A stretch of 64,000 nucleotides of DNA from Massalongia carnosa (Eukaryota). Each line of letters opens with the position of its first letter. Position 1 is the first letter of the stretch. The notes beneath the pieces were generated by a model, which was not told the DNA's origin, made no database searches, and saw only the letters and a list, made by a program, of their open reading frames with translations. The position numbers and the translations under genes are program-made. The DNA lies in the NCBI GenBank assembly GCA_965645245.1, contig OZ287078.1:248001-312000 (forward strand). Direction: 5' to 3'. This document shows positions 11,701 through 21,387 of this stretch, piece by piece.

Positions 11701-12410
11701 CCGAACTCTGTATCAACAGAAAGTGGGATCAATTCTGTTTGCGGCTATCTCTACCCGATTAGATGTGGCGTTTGCAGTTTCAAGACTCTCAAGATTCAAT
11801 CAACAACCTAGTAAAAGGCATCATGATGCTGCCGATCGTGTTTTGCACTATCTCTATGGAACTCGGAACTGTTGTATTCGATATAGAGGAGACGCACGAG
11901 ATCTTTCCTCATTTATCTGCGCAAGTGATGCATCATTTGCCGATAATACGCTGGATCGAAAAAGCTCTCAGGGGTATATCATGAAGCTTTTGGAGGTGCA
12001 GTAGCATGGCGAGCTAACAAACAGGATACGGTACCACATCGTCCACTGAAGCCGAGCTTCTTGCATTTTTTCAAACGGCAAAAGAAACAATATACCTTTC
12101 TCGACTGATGAAGGCACCCACGCTACATATTCCCGAAGCTCTGACAATTGAGTGCGACAATGCGCAAACGATACGGCTCTTGGTTGAGGAATCCACAAAA
12201 CTCCAAACCAAACTACGGCACGTTGATATTCATTCACATTGGCTGAGGCAAGAGGTGCAACGAGGAGCAATCCAACTGCGATGGGTACCAACAAAAAAGA
12301 TGGCAGCAGACGGCCTTATAAAAGCGCTCACAATAGCAAATTTTGAGAGATTTGTCCAATTGACTGGAGTGGAAGATAAAGAAGATCTCTTGAATGAGAT
12401 AAAAAGATAA
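8790..12410 (+). pseudogene. Copia-1 pol (PR-IN-RT-RNase H), disrupted
   Basis: LLDSAASVH protease; WHRRMGH..C..C and IRSDNE..QNGGAE integrase; KARLV, LDAVNAF, LYGLRRSP, FFVDD RT; SDASFAD RNase H. Frameshifts near 10110, 11990 and 12035; TAA at 10622. Confidence 0.92.
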
Positions 12411-12890
12411 GAAGATCTCAAACAAGCTCTTCAGCAACATAAAACCGGAACTGAGTACGGTGCTGCGTTTGGGTACGGGTCTGACTGCAACCTGAAACGT
12501 CAGGAGGTGAAACCGTCGAATTAATCATCTGTGGACTGAAAGGGAGTAGCTACCCTGTTGCCACTGAAAGATGTGATTCGTGAAACGGGGAACCAGCGTC
12601 ATTGCACTCTCCAATACGAGAAGACGGCACCTGGAAAAGGACTGATGCATTGCGGTTCTGAATGAAGCAGATGAACAAGGATAAGGTAGGCGTGACACAA
12701 AAATGTGTCTCACCTTGTATCTTATCAACATCGATTTTATATTCATTCATATTAACTATTAATGCACAGTCCGAAGGCATGATATCGCAGGATTAAGGAT
12801 CGTGAAGGATCGAGGAAATCGAACGATTAAGGATCATAGAGGATCAGTTGCGACGAGGTAATTTTGGGGTGAAAATCACCTCAAGGGGTG

Positions 12891-13041
12891 TGTTGAAATT
12901 ATTGATAGTCGGCACACTAGTGGTTTAATGCTCTCAAAAAGGCGCGTCATGTTTTCTTCCTCTTTCTCTAAACAACATGCACACACATCCTCTTCTTCCG
13001 AGACACACAACAAGTTACATCTTCTTCCATGAAATTCAACA
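12891..13041 (+). repeat. Copia-1 3' LTR (151 bp)
   Basis: Direct repeat of 7293-7442, preceded by purine tract AAGGGGTG. Confidence 0.95.
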
Positions 13042-13182
13042 AGTCGCATTAGGTCTTTAGATACATAGTCGATTTCTGTTTTTCTTTCCTTACCTGTGAT
13101 CTAGCCTCTTTCTCCTTTTTCTTATTTTCAGTTAATTGTCTTCTTTTCGCCACATCTTCTAAACTCAATAAGCAAGCCCCTT

Positions 13183-13352
13183 TGTAACGGTTCGACCATG
13201 CGTGGTGCGGACGGCAGCACCTACGGCGAACATAGCAGGAGTCCCAGTTATAGTAGAATAGAGCTTGGTCTGCGGACTAAGTATTGTGCCTTTGGTCGGG
13301 AAGGACAGGTGGCGCAATGGTAGAAATCTATTCACTATCTCGCTTCGTCACA
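13183..13352. mobile_element. Solo LTR (170 bp)
   Basis: TGTAACG...CGTCACA with 5-bp TSD CCCTT; its removal restores the host reading frame. Confidence 0.88.
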
Positions 13353-14536
13353 CCCTTGATCATCGTATTGAGTGCCCGTACGTTGAGCTCGTTGTTTTTT
13401 TCGTGCATTGACTGCTTAAAGCTTCGTATTAGTACGATTCAAGACAATACGATCAGGCATAGCAAGTCTAGCTGCTTAAAGGGTTTTTTGTAGGAGAGTA
13501 AGCTTAGTGGAATCGAGAGTCTAATGGCGAAATAGTAATATAAGCTCCTTAACCTCTGAGACTTGTTCTATGTTTCCTGGTGTTGGTGGTATTTGGCCTG
13601 AAAGATAACGCGTTTGAATAGGAGTACTAGCGTCAGGTAGAGTCATCTTTCGTATGAGGCTTAGCTGATATTTTTTCAAAGACAGCGGAAGGATTGTATG
13701 GAATAAGTCCTGTGGCTCGTCATGCTGATCGTATATTTCGAGCAGTAATTCGTCTTCCAAGGTAGTACGCAATCCCGATTTTGTACCTCGGGAAGAAGAC
13801 ATTTCAGCGATGTAATTTATCGATAATCAGCTATTATAATAATTATAATACCCTTTGCCTTATTAAATCAGTTTTAGGGTTTTCTTCAATAAGTTGTAGA
13901 AGGGATAATGGTTGAAAGTAAGTTTCGTGGTTTTGTTAGTTCCGAATAAGCGGGTGTTCCGAATACAGGTGAATTACGTTAGAGTTCACGGCTAGTCTCC
14001 ACAGGAGTTCGCTTTACTCCATGGCAATCTACCACCATGGCCTCGGCAGGTGTTTGATCTGTAAGCAGTCTAGAACGTAGTAACAACTAATTCGGAGTTG
14101 TGTGGCAAGGTGGCGTCGTGTCAGTACTACGGCTTGGCTCATGCTAGTTCTAGTTAATCCCGCAACCGCCGTAGGCGATCACGTATCCTTCTAGCGCCAT
14201 CCGCATTACAGTATCACGGATTAGACGAATAAAACGGTTTTAAATCCAACTCTACGCTACGAGATAAGACAAAAAATTTTAATTCATATCTCGATAATCC
14301 GTGCGGGGTTATTTAGGATAAGAAATATAAATATAAAAGGGTTTTTCAGAGTAGAATTTCGACTTTTATAAATAAACCATTATTTCTTATTCTATAAACC
14401 ATTATTCCCGTATTTGCCATTTTGCTCTGAGTCCCCCTATCACCTTAAATTTCAAAAGATTAATAAACTGCTTATCGCCTTATCTGATCATCATCAAAAA
14501 TCAATCATCATGAAATTCTCTAAATCATTATCTTAT

Positions 14537-14769
14537 TGTGACGAGAAGGACTCAATGAGATAAGATCAGGTGGTACGAAGTCTTTGCTATATGTAGGCTA
14601 TCGGATATTTACAAGACGTTCGACAAGGAAGAAAGAAAATCTCAACAGCGAAAGCAAAGATATAATCTTTCCGTTGATCTCGCTAACCATGCTGAGCCTA
14701 GCCCTCGCTTATCATTCAAGCCTTAGCGCCGTGACTCGATTCGGGTGCTAGCGAGGCAGTACCGTGACA
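14537..14769 (-). repeat. Gypsy-1 3' LTR (233 bp)
   Basis: Direct repeat of 19880-20103; TG...CA termini. Confidence 0.95.
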
Positions 14770-14782
14770 TCAGGTCTCCTCT

Positions 14783-17700
14783 TTAGGTTCGAGCTCCGCG
14801 AGAACCTCTAGGTTTGGTAGGCCTCAGTTGGTGATATTCTCGTAATAAATCTTCGCAGTGAGTGATGTCCTTTTCTTCATTCCAACTAGGTGCGTCATGG
14901 CCGGCCCACTTAACAAGATATTGCAGTCGTCTTCGGAAAAATCTCGAATCAAGAATACTCTCCACCTCCCACTCTTCTTCACCTTCAACTTCAACCGGCG
15001 GGGCAGGTGGAGGAATTTGGCCATCGTGTGGGTTCTGAGCAACCGGCTCTAGCAGAGAAACGTGGAATACAGGGTGTATTTTCATAGAGGTAGGGAGATC
15101 AAGTTCGTAAGCATACTTACTTACTACTCGCTTGATGGTAAATCTTCCTAACTTCTTCCAATCCAGCTTTTTAGAAGGTCGCTTGGTTTTGATGTTCTTA
15201 GCATTCAACCAGACTTCGTCTCCTACGCGAAACGACGGTGCGGGGGTTCTATGATAATTAGCAGTGGATTCATACCGAGCTTGAGCCAATCGCATTTCAT
15301 TTTGAAGGTGGGCATTAATCTCTTCCATCTTGGTAGCAAATTCATCAGCATTGGTGAGCTCTGGGGAGTTGTTGGTGCGAGAGAGAGGTTCGAAACCTAG
15401 ACGGGGGTGGAAGCCATAATTCGCTAAAAAGGGACTTGTCGTAGTGGTCTCGGAATCAACATTGTTGCTAGTGAACTCTGCCATTGGTAGCCATTCTTCC
15501 CAGTCATCTTGCATGTAATTTACGTAGCCTCTTAAATATGATTCCATGACTGCATTGAATCGTTCCGTTTGGCCATCTGTCTCCGGGTGAAAGGATGTGG
15601 ATAGGGCCGACTTAATTCCTAGTCTTTCACATAGAGCCTTCCAGAATTCCGAGATGAACTGCCCTCCGCGATCCGAGACTATTGATTCGGGCAGGCCGTG
15701 TAATTTCCATACATTCTGCAGATACAACTTGGCTAAATCGTGAGCGTTGGTAGTCTCTTTGCACGGTATGTAATGCTTCATCTTGGTGAGTCGATCAACT
15801 ACAACCAGGATTGCGTCTTTCTTGTCACTACCGGATTCGGGTATGCCGCTTACAAAGTCCATGGAAATATCTCTCCAGCGTTGCTGAGGAATGGGCAGAG
15901 GTCTTAACACACCGTACTTTGGATGACGGGAAGCTTTGCTACGAGAACATACGTGACAGTTCTGTACGTATCGTGCTACGAAATGATGGTACTGGGGCCA
16001 ATAATAAGTTCGAGATAGCAAACCGAAAGTTTTGGCTCTACCGGGATGACCGGCGACAGGGCTATCGTGGTGTTCCTTGCATAGTCTGAGTCTCAAATCA
16101 TGGAAATCGGGTACGTATAGGCGTTCGCGGTAATATAGTCTCCCATCTCGGTCTTCGCATTCGGCCAGAGTTATATCCTTGCTATGGCTAGCACCGTTTC
16201 GAAGAAGAGTCAAAATGCTATTGGGGAATGGGTCTAGCTCGTATCCTTGATTCATCAATTCCTCGATAGATTTCTCGGAGTCTTCATGTTCGGTTTCTAG
16301 ATCATTATCCGTATCAGCGTCATCGTTGGTAATATCGGTCAGGCGAAGCAGATTATTAGCCAGAAGTTCGAAATTATGGGGTTTTAGTACCACCTGATTC
16401 TGATGTTCCAGTCTCAGGTCCCCCTCTTTAGGAAGATCTCCTGATCTTCTAGTCAAAGAATCTGGTTTTTCTCCTTGTTTCCCTGGTCTGTAACCTATCT
16501 TAAAGTCGAATCGTGATAAAAATTCGGCCCATCTTGCCTGGCGCCTGCTGAGTTGCTTGGTGGTAGTGAAGTACTCGAGATTCTTATGGTCTGTTATTAC
16601 CTTTACTGGATGTGCTGCTCCTTGCAATTCGGGTCTCCATTCTTCAAAAGCTCTGATAATGGCCAGAAGTTCTTTATCATAGATTTCATAATTACACTCC
16701 GCTGGCGATAGTCTTTTGGAAAAGAAGGCTACTGGTTTAAGTACACCCTCTACCTCATACTGCGATAGTACTCCTGCGCTTACATAGTCGGAAGAATCTG
16801 TTTCCACTATGCTTTCCTTATCGGGGTCGAAATGAATTAGTATGGTGTCACTGGAGAACACATCCTTTAAGATTTTAAAGGCCTTTGCACACTCTTCGGT
16901 CCACACGAATGGCGTAATCTTTTTGGACATAGCGGTGAGGGGGGCAGCGATCTTTGAAAAGGATTTCACAAACCGTCTGTAGAAATTCGCAAATCCTATA
17001 AACGCCTGCACATTCTTGAGGTTCTCCGGGGTATTCCAGTTCTTTATGGTCTCTATTTTCTTAGGGTCCATTTTTATGCCTTTATCCGAAATAATAAATC
17101 CAAGATATATTGTCTCCGTTACATGGAATTCGCATTTCGAAATATCCAGTTGTAACCCCGCTTTTTGCAGAGCCTTCAAAACTTTGGTGACATGACCCTT
17201 ATGTTCTTTCATGGAACCACTGTAGATTAATATATCGTCGATATAAGCGGTACAGAATATATCGAGATATTCTCGTAAAACATCATTGATATAATGCTGA
17301 AACGAACTGGGTGTATTGGCGAGACCGAAGGGCATAACGAGATATTCAAACAAACCGTATCTTGTCCGAAAGGCGGTTTTCCACTCCTCTCCATAGGCCA
17401 TACGAAGGCGATTGAATGCGGCGACTATATCTAGCTTAGTAAAAATGCATGCTTTACTCAGGCGGTCTAGAGTTTCTCTGATCAGGGGCAGGGGATATCT
17501 GTTTTTGATAGTCATAGCGTTCAATGCTCTATAATCAACGCAAAAGCGCAGGCCTCCGCCCGGCTTTTTGACAAACAGTACTGGGGACGCGGCGGGGGAA
17601 GAACTTGAACGAATAAATCCTTTCTCCAAATTCTCGGTAAGATACTTCTGCAGTACCAGCAATTCATCTCGGCTCATGCCATACAAGGGTCCATACGTGG

Positions 17701-17935
17701 GTTCTTTCCCTTCCATCAGCGGAATAGTGTGGTCATAGCTACGGCGTTCGGGCAGTTTATCAGCTTCATTCTTGGAAAATACATCAAGAAATTCGTGATA
17801 CTCCGGCGGCAATATTGTAGCGGGATCAACTTCCGGTTTCGGGGTCAGGGCTCGTTCAATGTCTCTAAGGTTCACGGTAAATAGTTCGCAGTCCTTTTTC
17901 CGCGCAAGACGGACAAAAGGGGCGGCTCCTATCAT
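14783..17935 (-). CDS. Gypsy-1 Pol: RT, RNase H, integrase, chromodomain (separated from PR by a frameshift near 18000)
   Basis: LRFCVDYRALN, YIDDILIYS, ETDSSD, YDKELLAI, HH..GHPG..C..C, SMDFV, SDRG, TDGQTE, WEVESILDSR...YLVKWAG. Confidence 0.95.
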   Translation of the reverse strand: MIGAAPFVRLARKKDCELFTVNLRDIERALTPKPEVDPATILPPEYHEFLDVFSKNEADKLPERRSYDHTIPLMEGKEPTYGPLYGMSRDELLVLQKYLTENLEKGFIRSSSSPAASPVLFVKKPGGGLRFCVDYRALNAMTIKNRYPLPLIRETLDRLSKACIFTKLDIVAAFNRLRMAYGEEWKTAFRTRYGLFEYLVMPFGLANTPSSFQHYINDVLREYLDIFCTAYIDDILIYSGSMKEHKGHVTKVLKALQKAGLQLDISKCEFHVTETIYLGFIISDKGIKMDPKKIETIKNWNTPENLKNVQAFIGFANFYRRFVKSFSKIAAPLTAMSKKITPFVWTEECAKAFKILKDVFSSDTILIHFDPDKESIVETDSSDYVSAGVLSQYEVEGVLKPVAFFSKRLSPAECNYEIYDKELLAIIRAFEEWRPELQGAAHPVKVITDHKNLEYFTTTKQLSRRQARWAEFLSRFDFKIGYRPGKQGEKPDSLTRRSGDLPKEGDLRLEHQNQVVLKPHNFELLANNLLRLTDITNDDADTDNDLETEHEDSEKSIEELMNQGYELDPFPNSILTLLRNGASHSKDITLAECEDRDGRLYYRERLYVPDFHDLRLRLCKEHHDSPVAGHPGRAKTFGLLSRTYYWPQYHHFVARYVQNCHVCSRSKASRHPKYGVLRPLPIPQQRWRDISMDFVSGIPESGSDKKDAILVVVDRLTKMKHYIPCKETTNAHDLAKLYLQNVWKLHGLPESIVSDRGGQFISEFWKALCERLGIKSALSTSFHPETDGQTERFNAVMESYLRGYVNYMQDDWEEWLPMAEFTSNNVDSETTTTSPFLANYGFHPRLGFEPLSRTNNSPELTNADEFATKMEEINAHLQNEMRLAQARYESTANYHRTPAPSFRVGDEVWLNAKNIKTKRPSKKLDWKKLGRFTIKRVVSKYAYELDLPTSMKIHPVFHVSLLEPVAQNPHDGQIPPPAPPVEVEGEEEWEVESILDSRFFRRRLQYLVKWAGHDAPSWNEEKDITHCEDLLREYHQLRPTKPRGSRGART

Positions 17936-17990
17936 GCAGATATTCAGGGGTTTCTTGATCTCGGGTTTCTCGGTCTCAGGTTTCTCGGTC

Positions 17991-18686
17991 TCAGGTTTCG
18001 TCGAAGGAGGGAGCGCTAGACCTCTTCAATTTAGCGCCCTTTCCTTCAGACCGGCCGGGCTGGTCTGAAGCGGATGTTCGTTGTTCCGGACTAGTGACTT
18101 TCATGACTGCGGCGGGGTGCTCCTTCTCTGCACGAAGTTCTGGAACGTTGCTTATTCCGACGACAGTGTTGGGTTCATGATTCTCGAGGCAGTGCTGAAG
18201 ACAGTATGGTGACGTGAACGAGAGAGTGTTTCCAGCCCATCGTATGCTGGTGTCGTGTATCTGTAGCCACTTGATCCCTAGAACGATGGGGTAGTGGCCC
18301 AAATTGGTGACGAGAAGGTTGGCGGGCTCGGAATGCGTGGCGATTTGAAGACGTAACTTGGCTAGGTGAGTGATTTCACCAGAGGAGATGGGTTGTCCAT
18401 CGGCTAATTCGAGGATACGAGATTGCTTCAAGGGGGATAGGGGCAGGGAATGACGGCGCGCGAACGAAGAGTCAATAAAAGCAAAACCAGATGCTCCACA
18501 GTCAACTAGTGCATAGGTCTTTATTTGACGATTACCTATGGATACAATCATTGATATCACCAAATGTTTGCCATCTAATTCTTCTTCTGGCAAAGGTTTG
18601 GTGGACAAGGAAAATGCTGATATTGAAATACACTTGTTCCGTGTTGGTCTCCGAACGCGACTTAATTCGGAGACTGTACTTTTCCC
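17991..18686 (-). CDS. Gypsy-1 aspartic protease region, entered by a -1 frameshift from gag
   Basis: ALVDCGASG active site and IVLGIKWL; the frame is open back to the G GGA AAA heptamer at 18680-18686. Confidence 0.85.
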   Translation of the reverse strand, partial: GKSTVSELSRVRRPTRNKCISISAFSLSTKPLPEEELDGKHLVISMIVSIGNRQIKTYALVDCGASGFAFIDSSFARRHSLPLSPLKQSRILELADGQPISSGEITHLAKLRLQIATHSEPANLLVTNLGHYPIVLGIKWLQIHDTSIRWAGNTLSFTSPYCLQHCLENHEPNTVVGISNVPELRAEKEHPAAVMKVTSPEQRTSASDQPGRSEGKGAKLKRSSAPSFDET

Positions 18687-19840
18687 CCCAACTCAACAGT
18701 CTTCTGTTCCATTTCAGAGACTTGGAATCGCGGGCGTGTTTTGGACGAGGATAGCGGGCAGGATAGCGCAAAATGTCCAGATCCCCCGCAATACATGCAC
18801 AATCCTTCGTTCATTCTTCGTGATTTCTCGGCGGGGGTAAGAGGGCCTCGATGACGAGATACTGATAGATCCATGGCGTCAGAGGAGGGGGGTGCGGAGA
18901 TTTTGGTGGTGGTGGTGACGGTGGGAGCGGGAGCGGGTGTGGGTTTGCTGACAGCGGCGATAGTGGGTGCAGAGCTAGATCGTGATGTGTTGCTAAAGAC
19001 AGTCCCAGCTTTGCGGATGGAGGCCTGGGTGGCGCGGTAGCGGTTGTCGATCTTCTGGAGAATCTGAATGACCTCGTCTAGGTCGGTCGGAAGATCAAGC
19101 GTCAGGATGGCGCTTTTTAGCTCATTACTAATGCCTTCTAGCAGGATCGATCGTTTCGCCTCTTCGTTGTATCCAGTATCGGGGATCAACCGCTGATACT
19201 CGGCCAGATATACATGGAATTCTCGGTTTGCTTGCTGGAGGCGACGAAGTTCTCGCTGTGCGGTGGCCTTTCTGTCCGGATCACCGAAGGCCAGCTCCAG
19301 CTTGGTAATCAGCTCGCTAACATCGCGCAGATCGATAGTGTCGTCATCCTTGATATAAGGATGTATCTGATACAAGGCCGTATCCTTGAGACGACTTATC
19401 GCGTACGCTAATTTTCCTGGCATGGTGGGGTATCGATCTGCGTTCATCAAGAGTTTCAGACGCAGCTGAGTAGTCCATGTGCGTAATTCGGCTCTGTCTC
19501 CGCCGTACATAGGCGGATCAGGATGTTTCTCTGAACGCGGAGATGAATGTGCGACTGCGGTGGGGGCGGATCGTATTTGTTCACGAAGCTCGGCAGCTAT
19601 CGCGTTACTGCCAGCCAGTCTGTTGTTCAAATCTAGGATCGCGTGATTCGCCTCTGCTAAATCGCGATCATTGGTATCCAGATGCGTACTGGCATCGTGG
19701 GCGAATAGATCCAGGCGCTGCATATACTCATACCAGGTTATGGGATTAGATTGAACTGCGGACAACAAATTTTCCGCAGAACCCACGGAAACGGGAGGAG
19801 TTGGAACGATGTATGGGGACGGGGGCGATGCTTCGGCCAT
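18662..19840 (-). CDS. Gypsy-1 Gag
   Basis: 392 aa with a retrotransposon gag core, AMDLS motif and CMYCGGSGHFALSC CCHC knuckle. Confidence 0.93.
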   Translation of the reverse strand: MAEASPPSPYIVPTPPVSVGSAENLLSAVQSNPITWYEYMQRLDLFAHDASTHLDTNDRDLAEANHAILDLNNRLAGSNAIAAELREQIRSAPTAVAHSSPRSEKHPDPPMYGGDRAELRTWTTQLRLKLLMNADRYPTMPGKLAYAISRLKDTALYQIHPYIKDDDTIDLRDVSELITKLELAFGDPDRKATAQRELRRLQQANREFHVYLAEYQRLIPDTGYNEEAKRSILLEGISNELKSAILTLDLPTDLDEVIQILQKIDNRYRATQASIRKAGTVFSNTSRSSSAPTIAAVSKPTPAPAPTVTTTTKISAPPSSDAMDLSVSRHRGPLTPAEKSRRMNEGLCMYCGGSGHFALSCPLSSSKTRPRFQVSEMEQKTVELGGKVQSPN

Positions 19841-19879
19841 GGCAAAGGCGTACCAGCTGATAGGGTAGGTCGAACGTAG

Positions 19880-20103
19880 TGTGACGAGAAGGACTCAATG
19901 AGATAAGATCAGGTGGTACGAAGTCTTTGCTATATGTAGGCTATCGGATATTTACAAGACGTTCGACAAGGAAGAAAGAAAATCTCAACAGCGAAAGCAA
20001 AGATCCGTTGATCTCGCTAACCATGCTGAGCCTAGCCCTCGCTTATCATTCAAGCCTTAGCGCCGTGACTCGATTCGGGTGCTAGCGAGGTAGTACCGTA
20101 ACA
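19880..20103 (-). repeat. Gypsy-1 5' LTR (224 bp)
   Basis: Matches the 3' LTR except for a 9-bp deletion and 2 substitutions. Confidence 0.95.
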
Positions 20104-20120
20104 CTTATCAAGCTTCTGAA

Positions 20121-21338
20121 ATGCCTCGATACAGCAACAAGCTTCTTTTACAAAGAGATCTGTACCACCTTTTCTTAGCCAGTAGTACTCTTGCCACCTC
20201 TTCCAATGAGGCCGATGACGCTTTGGAATACCTCATTCTTTCTGAAGGATTAAAGGATCAGAGATATCTTTTTTCCAGATCTTCCATTCTCAAGTCCAAT
20301 TGGGCCGTTCGAGTCCTTCCCACTCTTTCAGATGATCGATATCGAGGCTATTTACGAATGAGTCTTATCTCCGTTCAACGAATAGTTGATTTAATTCGAT
20401 CCGATTCGGTCTTCCAAAACAATTCCAATATTCAACAGGCACCGGTCGAAAGTCAACTTCAATGTGCCTTATACAAGCTTGGTCATGATGGTAGCGGAAG
20501 CGGGTTTCTTTCAACTGCCACCTTTTGGGGAGTATCCGAGGGACACGTTTTCGATTGTACCAAGCGAGTGGTGGAGGCCTTATGTCGGTTGAGGAATAGC
20601 TTCATCAAATGGCCAACTGCAAGAGCTAGGACAAGAGAAAGCTTAGCCAATGATACTCGAGAATCAGGATTTATCGGAGTAGTAGGAAAGGTGGATGGGA
20701 CGGATATAGTGCTCAGTACCAAACCTGCAGGTCGTTATGACGGCGAATTATTCTTTAATCGAAAGAAAAGATACGCCCTGGATTTATGTGCCGTATGCGA
20801 TTCCGACAAAAGATTCATTTACTTCCTCAGTGGTTGGCCAAACTCTCAGCACGATCAGAGAATCTTCGCGGCGGGAGATTTGAATAGAAATCCTCATCTT
20901 TACTTCTCGGAAGGGCAGTATCTTCTCGGCGACAGTGCCTACACCAATTCTCGCTATTTGGTGACTCCATACAAGGCCCCTCATACCAGAGATGCGAATG
21001 TTCGAAAGTTCAATAGAAGACTGTCTCGAATTCGTATTGACATCGAGCACACCTTTGGAATTTTGAAAGGAAGATGGAAAAGTTTAACCGGGCTGAGATT
21101 TCGAATTAGAAACAAAAAAGGTTACATCTACGCCATTCGTTGGATTACTGCATGTGTAGTACTGCATAACGTTTTGTTGGACATGCATGATGAATGGGAA
21201 GAAGAAGAAGGATGGTGGACATCAGAAGAGGAGGCTCATGATGAAGAATTAAAACATTTGGCTACAAGGCAAATGATGGAGGGCATTTTGAAAAGGGAAC
21301 AGGTAAAAGATCTAGTTCTCAATGATATTGGCAGATGA
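20121..21338 (+). CDS. PIF/Harbinger transposase (HARBI1-like), intact
   Basis: 405 aa with catalytic motifs VDGTD, GDSAY and RIDIEHTFGILKGRW, plus ACVVLHN. Confidence 0.92.
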   Translation: MPRYSNKLLLQRDLYHLFLASSTLATSSNEADDALEYLILSEGLKDQRYLFSRSSILKSNWAVRVLPTLSDDRYRGYLRMSLISVQRIVDLIRSDSVFQNNSNIQQAPVESQLQCALYKLGHDGSGSGFLSTATFWGVSEGHVFDCTKRVVEALCRLRNSFIKWPTARARTRESLANDTRESGFIGVVGKVDGTDIVLSTKPAGRYDGELFFNRKKRYALDLCAVCDSDKRFIYFLSGWPNSQHDQRIFAAGDLNRNPHLYFSEGQYLLGDSAYTNSRYLVTPYKAPHTRDANVRKFNRRLSRIRIDIEHTFGILKGRWKSLTGLRFRIRNKKGYIYAIRWITACVVLHNVLLDMHDEWEEEEGWWTSEEEAHDEELKHLATRQMMEGILKREQVKDLVLNDIGR

Positions 21339-21387
21339 CTATTAAGCAAGATGCATCTCATCTTTGAGACATCAATGAAATAAAATC

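Larger units (their letters stand above)
7293..13041 (+). mobile_element. Ty1/Copia LTR retrotransposon 1 (full length, pol disrupted)
   Basis: LTRs TGTTG...CAACA, TSD AGTCG, PBS GTTATGAGCCC at 7443, domain order gag-PR-IN-RT-RH. Confidence 0.95.
7110..13802 (-). pseudogene. Remnant ORF of the Fot1-like element, probably a transposase C-terminal region, in three pieces (13802-13353, 13182-13042, 7292-7110)
   Basis: Reading continues across the removed insertions (...NARKKQRAQRTGTQYDDQG/ACLLSLEDVAKRR.../LGPDLIYGPD...) with stops; no DDE core seen. Confidence 0.5.
6797..13979 (-). mobile_element. Fot1/pogo-type Tc1/mariner non-autonomous derivative hosting Copia-1 and a solo LTR
   Basis: About 48-bp TIRs ACGTAATTCACC..TATTCGGAACACCC.CTTATTCGGAACTAACAAA with 3 mismatches; TA TSD at 6795-6796 and 13980-13981. 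Confidence 0.88.
6031..14210. mobile_element. Solo LTR-like element (about 1 kb: 6031-6796 plus 13982-14210) split by a Fot1-like insertion
   Basis: TGTAATG...CATTACA termini with 5-bp TSD GTATC (6026-6030, 14211-14215); internal imperfect duplication near 6475-6558 and 6590-6673. Confidence 0.8.
14537..20103 (-). mobile_element. Ty3/Gypsy chromovirus 1 (Tf1/sushi, MAGGY-like)
   Basis: LTR pair, TSD CTTAT, gag-PR-RT-RH-IN-chromodomain, purine tract at 14770-14784. Confidence 0.96.

Noticed and set aside
17945..18030. A second programmed frameshift between PR and RT of Gypsy-1
   Set aside because: No slippery site or structure is seen; it lies beside 15-bp tandem repeats (KPETE) and is more simply an indel.
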